A DNA stretch of 32,000 nt from Methylocystis sp. (GTDB lineage: Bacteria > Pseudomonadota > Alphaproteobacteria > Rhizobiales > Beijerinckiaceae): contig NZ_JBPFEB010000129.1 in the NCBI RefSeq assembly GCF_051061225.1, forward strand, positions 87,294 through 119,293. The letters are read 5' to 3'. Each line of letters starts with the position of its first letter. The first letter of the stretch is position 1. Below are positions 17,532 through 26,808 of this stretch, in pieces. Both the position numbers and the translations under genes were made by a program. Under the pieces are notes generated by a model. The model saw nothing but the letters and a program-made list of their open reading frames with translations, was not told the origin of the DNA and did not search any database.

Positions 17532-20500
17532 GCTTCGTTCCAATCGCCATTGTGGGGCGCGGCCTGGTCTTGCCGGGCGCCCTCACGCCGGAAGCGTTCT
17601 GGGCGGCGATCCGCGAGGGACGCGATCTCGTGACCGAACGCCCGGAGGGCGACTGGCCCGATGAACCGGAAGCGTTCCGGCTGAGGCCCGGCGACCCCGA
17701 CGCCGAGGACAAGACCGTGACCTTCCGACTGGGCGCGGTCACCGGCTTCGAATCCATCTTCGACGCGTCGGATTTCGGCTTGCCCGCCGAAACGATCCTC
17801 CAATTGGAGCCGGCGTTTCAATGGCTCCTTCATTCCGCGCGCGAGGCCGTTCGCGAAATACGCAGGCCAAATCTGCGCGGCGTGCGGAGCGCCGTGGTGG
17901 TCGGCAATCTGTCCTACCCCGTCCGCAAGTCGCTCGACCTCGCGCAAGGTTTCTGGCTCGATCCGATCCTTGAGAGGCTCGGCGTCACGCCCCCGCCGCG
18001 ACCGACCGTCTCGCCGCTCAACCGATTCAGCTCGGGGCTGCCCGCGCATATGCTGGCGCGGGCGCTCGGGGCCGAGGGACCGGCGTTCTGTCTCGACGCC
18101 GCCTGCGCGTCCTCGCTCTATGCGCTCAAATATGCTTGCGATTATCTCGCAGACGGAAGCGTCGACGTGGCGCTGGCGACGGCGGTCAACGCCTGCGACA
18201 GCAATTTTCTCCACATTGGCTTCACCGCCTTGCGCGCTCTCAGTCCGACAGGAATGTCGCGACCCTTCAGCCAGCGCGCCGACGGTCTTCTCCCAGCCAA
18301 GGGCGCCGCCGCGATATGCCTGAAGCGCCTCGCGGACGCGGAGCGTGACGGCGACCGCATATTCGGCGTCATTCGAGGCGTCGGTCTGTCCAATGACGGC
18401 TCGCGAACGATTCTCAGCCCTGACAGCGACGGCCAGATTCGCGCGATGACGCGCGCCTATCGCGCCGCCGGCGTCGACCCGAAGTCGGTGAGCCTCGTGG
18501 AATGCCACGCGACCGGCACGCCCGTCGGAGACAAAACCGAGCTGAGGAGCCTCAAGGCCGTCTATGACGGCGTCAAGGACCTGCCGATCGGTTCGTTGAA
18601 GTCCAATCTGGGCCACCTCATCACGGTCGCCGGCCTGGCGGGCGTCGTGAAAGTGACGAGCGGCTTCGCCGCGCAAATCCGTCCCAAGAGCCTCAACGCC
18701 GAGGATCCCATCGCCGGATTCGAGGGAAGCGGGCTGCGCGTGCTGCAAGACGCGGAGCCATGGCCGGAGACGGAGCAGCCCCGGCGCGCGGGATTGAACA
18801 ATTTCGGGTTCGGCGGCAACAACGCGCATGTCGTGCTCGAAGAGTATCGACCGGCGCGCGGTTTCGCATCCGCGCCGCGCGCCGCGCAACGCCTTCCCGC
18901 CGAGCCCGTTGAAATCGCGATATGCGGCTTGGGCGTGGTCGCGGGCGAAACACGCGGTCTCGAAGCGTTCACGCGCCAGCTGCTCGTGGACGAGATCGAC
19001 GGCGCATCGACGCGGGCGGATTTCGCGCAGCTTCAATTGAGGGGGCTGCGTTTCCCGCCGAAGGAGCTTCAGGACGCGCTCGGCCAGCATGCCCTGATCT
19101 TCGAGGCGGCGCAGAGCGCGCTTCGTGGCGTGGCGTCGGTCGCGGATGAGCGCGCCGGCGTCTTCATCGGTATGGGCTGCGACGTGGACGCCGCGCGTTC
19201 GGGAATGAGGTTGCGCGTCAAATCGAGTCTGAAGGCGGCCGGGATCAGCCCGAGCGAACCGCTCGTCGAGAAGATCAAGGAGGCGATCGGCGGCGCCCGA
19301 GGCGCGCAAATTCCCCTCTCCTCCATGCCCAATCTGCCGGCCAATCGCATCAATGCGCAAACCGGCTGGAAGGGCGTTGGCTTCACCGTCTCGGGGGAGG
19401 AATTGTCGGGCCTCGTCGCCGTCGAACTGGCGGCGCGCGCCCTGGCGCAAGATGAACTCGACCTCGCGCTCGCCGGAGCGGTGGACCTTTCCTTCGAGCC
19501 GGTTCATCTCGAAGCCGCCAGACAGGTCCTGCCCCAATCCAGGCGGGCGCCGGGCGACGCCGCGATCGCCCTGGTTCTCAAGCGCCGCGCCGACGCGGAG
19601 CGTTGCGGCGACCCGATTTACGCGACGCTTGTCCTGTCGCCTTCCTCGGACACCCACCCCGCCGAGACCATCGACATCGATGATCAACCGACGCGCGCGT
19701 CCGAACGCTTCGGACATGCGCACGCCGCGTCGGGCCTTGTCGATCTCGTCGCGGAAATCGCGCGGATCAAGGCCAGGACGTGCGTCTCAGGCACAAAACG
19801 CGTTCCCATCCTCGCGCCGGCGGGGCAACCGGCGGCAAGGTTCCGCAGGCGATCCTTTACGGGTCAGAGCCATGAACTGACAATCGTCGAAGCGCCGGCG
19901 GCTCCGTTACAGGGTTCGTTGCCTCAGGCGCCCTGCCTGTTTTTCTCGGCCGCCGATTCGTTTTCGGATTTGAGCCGCCGTCTCGCCCGGCGCGAGCCGG
20001 CGACCGAGGGCTCGGTTCGGATCGCCATTCTGGCGACCGGCCCGGCGCAACTCGCCGAGCGGATCGAGCTCGCGTCGAGGATGCTGGCGTTTGGAAAACG
20101 ACCCGCCGGACCCGGCGTCCATTTCGGCGACGCCGTCAAGGCCGGCGACGTCGCCTTTGTCTATTCCGAGCTGGGCGCCGCCTACAGCGGGGCGTATCGA
20201 CCGCTGCTCGACGCCTTCCCCGAAATCGTCGATCGCAAGATGCGCCACGTGGAAGGCTGCGCGCGCGAGGCTTTCCTCGCCTATGCCGATCCTGATCGTC
20301 CTCTCGATAGCGCATTGGCGAGCGCCCATATCGGCGCCTTTCACGCATTCCTCGCCACCGCTGTCGCCCGGGAGATCCTCGGGCTCGCGCCGCAAGCGGC
20401 CCTGGGGCTCTCGATGGGCGAATCCAATATGCTCGCCGCCATGGGGGCGTGGGAGGAGCCGAGCGGCGTCATGTCGGCGCTCATTCGATCTGGCTTCTAC

Positions 20501-21517
20501 AGCGACGTGGCGGCGAACTATTCAGCCGTCGCCCAGTCCTGGAAGCTCGCCCCAGGCGACGCGATCGACTGGCAGAACTGGTGGGTGCGGGCGCCGATCG
20601 AGGACGCGCGCGCGGCGCTGGACGGTCTCGATCGCGCCTATCTGTTGATCGTGATGTCTCCGGAAAGCTGCGTGATCGGCGGCGACGCGGCCGCCTGCGC
20701 GATCTATGCGCAACGGATCGGCCTCCATCGCATGGTGCTCACCGACAGCAAAGCCGCGCTCCATTGCTCGGCCGCGCAACCGCTCGCGGCGGCCTATCGT
20801 CAGGCCCATCTCAGCAAGCTTCGCAAAATTCCGGGAGTAAGATTTTATTTCAACGCCGTCCAAGGGGCGGTCGATCTGGAGGAGAACGTCGTTGCTGATC
20901 TGCTTGCGCGCCAGGCGGTGGAATGCGTCGATCTGCGGCCGACCGTCCTGCGCGCCTATGCGGACGGGGTCCGCGTGTTTGTCGAAATCGGACCGCGCGC
21001 CGCGATCAGCCAATCCATCTCGGACATCCTCGGCGAGCGGCGGCCGCTTTCGCTGTCGCTTGATCAAAAAGGCGCCAAGCCGCTCGTCGCCTTGACGCGC
21101 GCCGCCGCGAGCCTGTTCGCGGCGGGCGTGAAGATTGACTTGAGGCTTTTGGCTGAACGTCTCGCGACCTTGCGCGGCGACGCCACGGCCAAACCGGCGC
21201 AAGGCGATCAAAAGCTTCGCTTGCCGGTTCACCTGCAAGCGGTGGCGCGTGGTCTGGCCGCAGTGTCGATAGACGACGAGGATGTCCGCCGGACGGAAAC
21301 CGCCAGCGCGCCGTCATCACGACAATTCGCCCCGGAACCGGCGACGGGCGCGCCGCCGCTCTCCTCTGTTTCACAGTTGCTGAACGAGCCCTCGTTCACA
21401 AGCTCGCTGAGAGAGAGCCGCCGCAATCGTCTTGTCCCCTCTTCAAGCCCCGTCCCTCTTCTCCGTCCTCCTTCGGCGATTTTGGGGAGCCGCAAGAGTC
21501 AGGCGAAAGCGCCGTAG
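17528..21517 (+). CDS. KS - chain-length-factor - acyltransferase protein (PfaC N-terminal half fused to a PfaB-type AT)
   Basis: The ATG overlaps the upstream stop (ATGA at 17528-17531). KS: LDAACASSLYAL (Cys193, nt 18104-18106), ECHATGTPVGD, GSLKSNLGHLITVAG. CLF: a second KS-like fold whose active-site Cys position reads FTVSGEELSGL. AT: GLSMGE (Ser962, nt 20411-20413). The last roughly 80 aa are low-complexity. Confidence 0.85.
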   Translation: MSFVPIAIVGRGLVLPGALTPEAFWAAIREGRDLVTERPEGDWPDEPEAFRLRPGDPDAEDKTVTFRLGAVTGFESIFDASDFGLPAETILQLEPAFQWLLHSAREAVREIRRPNLRGVRSAVVVGNLSYPVRKSLDLAQGFWLDPILERLGVTPPPRPTVSPLNRFSSGLPAHMLARALGAEGPAFCLDAACASSLYALKYACDYLADGSVDVALATAVNACDSNFLHIGFTALRALSPTGMSRPFSQRADGLLPAKGAAAICLKRLADAERDGDRIFGVIRGVGLSNDGSRTILSPDSDGQIRAMTRAYRAAGVDPKSVSLVECHATGTPVGDKTELRSLKAVYDGVKDLPIGSLKSNLGHLITVAGLAGVVKVTSGFAAQIRPKSLNAEDPIAGFEGSGLRVLQDAEPWPETEQPRRAGLNNFGFGGNNAHVVLEEYRPARGFASAPRAAQRLPAEPVEIAICGLGVVAGETRGLEAFTRQLLVDEIDGASTRADFAQLQLRGLRFPPKELQDALGQHALIFEAAQSALRGVASVADERAGVFIGMGCDVDAARSGMRLRVKSSLKAAGISPSEPLVEKIKEAIGGARGAQIPLSSMPNLPANRINAQTGWKGVGFTVSGEELSGLVAVELAARALAQDELDLALAGAVDLSFEPVHLEAARQVLPQSRRAPGDAAIALVLKRRADAERCGDPIYATLVLSPSSDTHPAETIDIDDQPTRASERFGHAHAASGLVDLVAEIARIKARTCVSGTKRVPILAPAGQPAARFRRRSFTGQSHELTIVEAPAAPLQGSLPQAPCLFFSAADSFSDLSRRLARREPATEGSVRIAILATGPAQLAERIELASRMLAFGKRPAGPGVHFGDAVKAGDVAFVYSELGAAYSGAYRPLLDAFPEIVDRKMRHVEGCAREAFLAYADPDRPLDSALASAHIGAFHAFLATAVAREILGLAPQAALGLSMGESNMLAAMGAWEEPSGVMSALIRSGFYSDVAANYSAVAQSWKLAPGDAIDWQNWWVRAPIEDARAALDGLDRAYLLIVMSPESCVIGGDAAACAIYAQRIGLHRMVLTDSKAALHCSAAQPLAAAYRQAHLSKLRKIPGVRFYFNAVQGAVDLEENVVADLLARQAVECVDLRPTVLRAYADGVRVFVEIGPRAAISQSISDILGERRPLSLSLDQKGAKPLVALTRAAASLFAAGVKIDLRLLAERLATLRGDATAKPAQGDQKLRLPVHLQAVARGLAAVSIDDEDVRRTETASAPSSRQFAPEPATGAPPLSSVSQLLNEPSFTSSLRESRRNRLVPSSSPVPLLRPPSAILGSRKSQAKAP

Positions 21518-21560
21518 CCTGGGTCGGCGCGGCCTCGCCCATCCTCTCTGGGAGAAACTC

Positions 21561-24500
21561 ATGACCGTTTCGGTGAAACCCAATCCCAATATCGCCGGGA
21601 AGGCCGCCGAGCCCTTCCCCGAACTTTCGCCGACAGGCTTGCAGCTCACGCGAGAGCAATTGGAGTTTGCCGGGCGCGGCCCGCTTTCGGAAGTGTTCGG
21701 CCCGCTCTTCCGGCAACAGGACTCCTATGAGCGGGTGTGCCGTATGCCCTGCCCGCCCTTGCTCCTCGCCGATCGCGTGACCGGACTCGCCGGGCAGCCC
21801 GGCTCCATGGGCCAGGGGGTCATCTGGACGGAGACCGACGTCAAGGCCGACGCCTGGTATCTCCACAATGGCCGGATGCCGCCGGGCGTGACGATTGAGG
21901 CCGGGCAAGCCGACTTGATGCTGATCTCGTGGCTCGGCGTCGATTTCCACAACCGCTCCGAGCGGGTCTACCGCCTCCTCGGCTGCGAATTGACCTTTCA
22001 CACCTCCTACCTGCCGAAGGTCGGCGACACGATCCGATACCAGATCCACATTGACGGCCACGCGCAGATCGGAGGCACGCGGCTTTTCTTCTTCCGCTAC
22101 GACTCGCGCGTCGGCGATCAGCTTCTAAGTTCCGTGCGCAACGGCCAGGCGGGCTTTTTCGCCGACGCGGAGCTCGCGGCCTCGGCCGGCGTCCTGTGGA
22201 CTGCCGAAGACGACCGGCCCAAGGCGGACGCGCAACTCGACGCGCCGCCGCGCCTCACCAAAAAGCGTCGCTTCTCCACCGCCGAGATCGAAGCCTTCGC
22301 CCAGGGCGACGCCTATGCATGCTTCGGCGAAGGTTTCGAGATGGCCGCGCCGCACACGCGCACGCCCACGATCGGCAAGGGGCGCATGCGCCTTTTCGAC
22401 AGAGTCGTCGATTTCGATCCGCATGGCGGTCCCTGGGGTCGCGGCTATTTGCGCGCCGAATATGACGCGCCCGTGGATGCGTGGTTTTACGCCGGCCATT
22501 TCCATAATGATCCGTGCATGCCCGGCACGCTGATGGCCGAGGCGGCCGCGCAAGCGCTCGAATTCTATATGGCCGCGCTCGGATTCACGATCGACAGGGA
22601 TGGCTGGATTTTTGCTCCCGTGGCGGCCGAGGCTTACAAATTCATCTGTCGCGGGCAGGTCACGCCCGACCGCGCACATCTGATCACCTACGAAGTTTTC
22701 ATCGAGGAAATCATAGCCGGCGAGCGGCCGACCATCCACGCCGCCCTGCTGGCGCGCAGCGACGGCCACAAGGTGTTTCTCGCTCGCCGATTTGGCGTCC
22801 GTCTCGTCCCGGACTGGCCGTTGAACGAGCAACGACTGTTGGCGCCCAGCGTCGCGCCCAAAAGGATTGTCTCTCCGACGGGCGACGTGCCGGGCGATTT
22901 CGAGTCGCTGCTCGCGACCGCCACAGGCAAGCCATCCGACGCCTTCGGCGCGCTCTACAGGCCCTTCGACGAGGGACTGCGCGTCGCGCGGCTGCCGAGC
23001 CCGCCCTATCACTTCATGTCGGAAGTTGTTTGCGTGGATTGTCCGCCCGGCCTTCCCACTCCTGGCGGCAAAGTCGTCGTTGAATACCGCCCTCCAGCGG
23101 ACGCCTGGTATTTCCGTGACGGCGGCAATGGGGAGATGCCCTTCGCCGTGCTCATGGAGACCGTGTTGCAGCCTTGCGGCTGGCTTGCGTCTTACATGGG
23201 ATTCTCCAAGGCGTCGGTTTCGTTTCGCAATCTGGACGGAAGCCGCGCCACGATCCATCAGCCGGTGACGGCGCACACTGGCGCGTTGCGCACGACAGTG
23301 ACGTTCGAGCGCTACGCCGCCGCCGGGCCGACAACGATCGTGTTTTTTTCACTCGTCTGCGAGTGCAGCTCCGGCCGGGTCATGACGCTCGAGACCTCCT
23401 TCGGCTATTTTTCGAGCGACGCGCTCGCCAATCAGAAAGGTCTCCCGGTTTCGCCGGCGCATCGCGCGCGTCTCGAGGCGCCAAGCGAGATTTCCGACCA
23501 GCTCGACTCGGCCTCGCAACTCCGTCGCGAAGGGCGCCCGTCACTGCCGGGCGGACGCTTCAACCTCATCGATGGGGTGACGGGATTCTGGCCGCGCGGG
23601 GGAGCCGCAGGGCTCGGCGCCATTCGCGGGCGGCAGAAAATTGATCCGCGCGCCTGGTATTTCAAGGCGCATTTCTTCCAGGACCCCGTACAGCCGGGCT
23701 CGATTGGCCTCGAAAACTTGATCAGCCTGGCCAAGGCCGCCGCCTTGCTGCTGGAACTCGACACGGGCGTCGCCAACCCGGTCTTCGTGGCGCCCGCGCG
23801 TGAGCATGCGTTTCTTTGGAAGTTTCGCGGCCAGGTGCTGCCGACGTCTCGTGAAGTCACGAGCGAAGTCGAGATCCGCAGCGTCACCGTCGATAGCGGC
23901 GTCGTGACGCTGGTGGTTGACGGCGATCTGTGGGTCGATGGCGTACGCATCTATGAATTGCGGGATCTCGCGCTTCAAATTCGATCTGGCGCAAGGAATC
24001 TTGGCGGCCCGACCGGGCGCCGGGAAAAAAGCGTGGATATCGAGGCGCAGCCCTGGCTCTCCGGCCATTGCCCGACTTATGGCGCCCCCGCCTTTCCGCT
24101 TCTCGGCGTCGTTGGCGCGCTGGCGACGACGGCGCGCGCCGGGGGACCACGCAAAAAGCTGACCGCCCTGAGCAATTTGGAACTCTACCGATGGATGCGT
24201 CTCGACCAGGGTCCCATCGCGCTGTGCTTTGAAACGCTGCGCATCGACGGCGACAACCTGTGGACCGACATCCGCCTCGACATGGATGAAGGCGGAGGCC
24301 CGCAGAAACTCCGCGTCGGTCGCGTGATCGAGACCTACGCGGAGGATTATTTGCCAGCCCCGGCGCTCTGGCCGGGCCCCATTGGCGGCGCGCCATTCGA
24401 TCCTTACGAGCAGGGGGGCCTGTTTCACACCGAAGCGTTCATGCGCGCCGAAGGTTTCATCCGGGACAGCACGTGCTCGGCCTATGACGTCGACGTCGAA

Positions 24501-25157
24501 AGCGCGCTTGACGCCGCCCAGGGCGATATCTCCCTTCTCCTCGACAGCACTGCGCATGGCGTGCCTTATGGAACGCTCGCGGTGTGGTTCGCTGTTCCGC
24601 AAAGCGGCGTCTGCAGCCTGCCGCGACGCATCGACACCTTGCAATTTTACGCGAGCCTGCCGGCCTCTGGCCGCTTGCGCGTCGTCACCAGGGCTTTGGA
24701 CATGCAATCCGCGCGCACGCCGCGCTGCGAGATCCAGGTCCAGCACGACGGTCGCGTTCTCTTCCAATATCTGCTCGCCACCGCGCTCTTGCCAGCTTTC
24801 GGCGCCAGCATGGCCGCCGAACATTGGCGCGACTTCCTCCTGCGGGGCCGTTGGGCGCCCGGCGGTCATTGCGCGGAAATCGAAGCAAATCGCACCCGAT
24901 TCTCGATCGAGCGGTTGAAAGCGCTCAACTGGTTCCCCGGAACACTGGAACGTCTCTACGGGGCGTCCGGCGATCCCGGGGCCATCGTCGAGGCGGTCGC
25001 GGTCAAGGACCACTTCGCCCACAAGTTCAAAGTCCATCCGAGCCGCGTCGAGATTGGCGGCCAAACGGTTCGCGTGGCGGATCAGGCGCTCTCATTGCAC
25101 GACCTCGTCGCGCGGCGCTGGATCACCGCGGATATTTTCGAAATCGCGGATCGATAA
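21561..25157 (+). CDS. Multi-hotdog dehydratase: two PfaC-type DH/FabA-like modules plus a C-terminal PKS-type DH-like module
   Basis: ATG 21561 follows GGGAGA. Module 1: AWYLHNGRMPPGVTIEAGQADLMLISWLG, then the FabA motif GHFHNDPCMPGTL (His313). Module 2: AWYFRDGGNGEMPFAVLMETVLQPCGW, then AHFFQDPVQPGSIG (His704). C-terminus: WLSGHCPTYGAPAFP (His836) and LLLDSTAHG (Asp995). Confidence 0.8.
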   Translation: MTVSVKPNPNIAGKAAEPFPELSPTGLQLTREQLEFAGRGPLSEVFGPLFRQQDSYERVCRMPCPPLLLADRVTGLAGQPGSMGQGVIWTETDVKADAWYLHNGRMPPGVTIEAGQADLMLISWLGVDFHNRSERVYRLLGCELTFHTSYLPKVGDTIRYQIHIDGHAQIGGTRLFFFRYDSRVGDQLLSSVRNGQAGFFADAELAASAGVLWTAEDDRPKADAQLDAPPRLTKKRRFSTAEIEAFAQGDAYACFGEGFEMAAPHTRTPTIGKGRMRLFDRVVDFDPHGGPWGRGYLRAEYDAPVDAWFYAGHFHNDPCMPGTLMAEAAAQALEFYMAALGFTIDRDGWIFAPVAAEAYKFICRGQVTPDRAHLITYEVFIEEIIAGERPTIHAALLARSDGHKVFLARRFGVRLVPDWPLNEQRLLAPSVAPKRIVSPTGDVPGDFESLLATATGKPSDAFGALYRPFDEGLRVARLPSPPYHFMSEVVCVDCPPGLPTPGGKVVVEYRPPADAWYFRDGGNGEMPFAVLMETVLQPCGWLASYMGFSKASVSFRNLDGSRATIHQPVTAHTGALRTTVTFERYAAAGPTTIVFFSLVCECSSGRVMTLETSFGYFSSDALANQKGLPVSPAHRARLEAPSEISDQLDSASQLRREGRPSLPGGRFNLIDGVTGFWPRGGAAGLGAIRGRQKIDPRAWYFKAHFFQDPVQPGSIGLENLISLAKAAALLLELDTGVANPVFVAPAREHAFLWKFRGQVLPTSREVTSEVEIRSVTVDSGVVTLVVDGDLWVDGVRIYELRDLALQIRSGARNLGGPTGRREKSVDIEAQPWLSGHCPTYGAPAFPLLGVVGALATTARAGGPRKKLTALSNLELYRWMRLDQGPIALCFETLRIDGDNLWTDIRLDMDEGGGPQKLRVGRVIETYAEDYLPAPALWPGPIGGAPFDPYEQGGLFHTEAFMRAEGFIRDSTCSAYDVDVESALDAAQGDISLLLDSTAHGVPYGTLAVWFAVPQSGVCSLPRRIDTLQFYASLPASGRLRVVTRALDMQSARTPRCEIQVQHDGRVLFQYLLATALLPAFGASMAAEHWRDFLLRGRWAPGGHCAEIEANRTRFSIERLKALNWFPGTLERLYGASGDPGAIVEAVAVKDHFAHKFKVHPSRVEIGGQTVRVADQALSLHDLVARRWITADIFEIADR

Positions 25158-25179
25158 GCCATCCAGAAGGGCGCAAGCG

Positions 25180-26637
25180 ATGATTGAGAACCAGATCGCA
25201 GTCGCGAAGAAGCACCCGGACATCGGGGATCGCATCTGTATCGTCGGCGCCGGCGCCGCAGGCGTTTACATGGCTTATCTGTTGAAGCAGCGAGGATATA
25301 AAAACGTCACGGTGCTCGAAAAGGAAAACAGGATCGGCGGACAATGCCATACGAAGGTTTTTCATGGCGTTCCACATGAGCTTGGCGCCAGCATGGGGAA
25401 CGCGTCGTATGAAGATCTGGTTCGTCTCAATGAAGACCTGAAACTCGACGAATTGGTGCAAAATCCGGACGAACGGAACATCCACGTCTTTCAAGGCGAG
25501 GTCCATCTGCTCGAAGATCTCGTTTTGGGGCTTCACAACCAGGCGGGGTTGACGCAAACTCTGCTCAGACCCTGGAAAAGGCTGCAGTTTTTCCAAAGTT
25601 GTCTGAAATATATCCGGATACATGAAAAAATTTTCGGGACCTCGAAATATGTCTACGGCAGCCGTCCAACCGTCAATGACGTCAACATGACGTTTCACGC
25701 ATTTCTGAAAAAACACCATCTGCTCAATTTGACGAATTTCTTCAGATTTCTGTTCTCCACTCAATACGGCCACCTCGAAACAACTCCAGCTTTGTACGGG
25801 CTCTGGTGGTGCACCCCGAAAATGGTCAGAGCGGTCATAGAACCGATGGGCAGGAAGCGCCCGACATTCCTGTTCAGGCTAAAAAGCGGCTATCAGCCAT
25901 TCTTTGAGAAACTGGCGCTCAAGAGCGAGGCTGACATTCTCCTCGGCTATCAGGTCGACTCCATCGAGCGCAAACAAACGATCCGGGTGAACGGGAAACA
26001 TCAATCCAGGCCCCGAACGCTGGAGTTTGATTTCCTCATCATGGCGTGCTCGGCCAAACAGGCGCTTGCGTGTCTCGATTGCACGGAGGCAGAGAGGGAT
26101 ATCTTCTCGAAGCTGGAATATACCTATCCGGCGATGACTGTTTTCACATCAAAGACCAATACGAGTCTCCTCCAGGGCGCCGGTTGTATCTGGTTCGATA
26201 TGGCGATCCCCGGAGCCTCTCCCCACAAGGGCGTGGTCAATCTCGTCAAGGAGCTTGCCAACTATTACAATATCGAAGCTGTCAATGACCAGAACGTCCC
26301 TGAGAGAGTTTATGTGACGTTCCAACATTCAGAGCGCGGAGAAGGACCGGGGAACGAAGAGGAGCTCAACCGTGCTCTCATAGCGGATCTCGTCCGCAAG
26401 GGTTTTGGAGAGCCCGAAATCCTCTATCAATGTCGTTGGCGCTATTTTCCCGCCTTCCGTCAGGACGCGATAGATGAGGGCTATCCCTGGAAGATCACGG
26501 AAATGCAGGGCGAGAACAACACCTGGCATATCGGAAGCTCTGCTTGCTTCGAGTCGGTCAAGGACGTGATGAACTATAATCAGATGCTCGTCGCCACGTT
26601 GCTTCCCAAAGGCGAATGCGTTGACGGTCAGAGATGA
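25180..26637 (+). CDS. FAD-dependent amine-oxidase-fold protein, polyenoic fatty-acid isomerase (PAI)-like, low-GC copy
   Basis: 485 aa. Dinucleotide-binding RICIVGAGAAGVYMAYLLKQRGYKNVTVLEKENRIGGQCHT. Also FSTQYGHLETTPALYGLWW and a C-terminal WRYFPAFRQDAIDEGYPWKITEMQGENNTWHIGSS. These resemble my recollection of P. acnes PAI (IIGAGPAGL..ILERTDHVGGKCHS; FGYGH..PAAYVL; WYYFPHV...EGMQGRRNTFYAGE). Start is trimmed to ATG 25180. Confidence 0.6.
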   Translation: MIENQIAVAKKHPDIGDRICIVGAGAAGVYMAYLLKQRGYKNVTVLEKENRIGGQCHTKVFHGVPHELGASMGNASYEDLVRLNEDLKLDELVQNPDERNIHVFQGEVHLLEDLVLGLHNQAGLTQTLLRPWKRLQFFQSCLKYIRIHEKIFGTSKYVYGSRPTVNDVNMTFHAFLKKHHLLNLTNFFRFLFSTQYGHLETTPALYGLWWCTPKMVRAVIEPMGRKRPTFLFRLKSGYQPFFEKLALKSEADILLGYQVDSIERKQTIRVNGKHQSRPRTLEFDFLIMACSAKQALACLDCTEAERDIFSKLEYTYPAMTVFTSKTNTSLLQGAGCIWFDMAIPGASPHKGVVNLVKELANYYNIEAVNDQNVPERVYVTFQHSERGEGPGNEEELNRALIADLVRKGFGEPEILYQCRWRYFPAFRQDAIDEGYPWKITEMQGENNTWHIGSSACFESVKDVMNYNQMLVATLLPKGECVDGQR

Positions 26638-26808
26638 CCGCCCCTTAGTTTGACGCGACAGGGCATCCTCGTCCGGGAGGCGAAGCCCTACGCTTCTCTG
26701 GCTTTTATCCGCATGGAAGGCCGCACGTCCCGATCTCTTGAGCATGACAGACCGGAGCGAGCGCTGAGCGCGGAAATAGCAGACCACTGGCGTTGAAAAG
26801 GCAAACAG

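Noticed and set aside
12651-25064. Long minus-strand ORFs inside the synthase genes (12651-13487, 13776-15248, 17486-19723, 20522-21238, 22125-23276, 23541-25064)
   Set aside because: All lie antisense to genes with unambiguous KS, AT, ACP, KR or DH motifs, and their translations are Arg/Gly/Ala-rich and low-complexity. The absence of stops is expected from GC-rich third positions on the sense strand.
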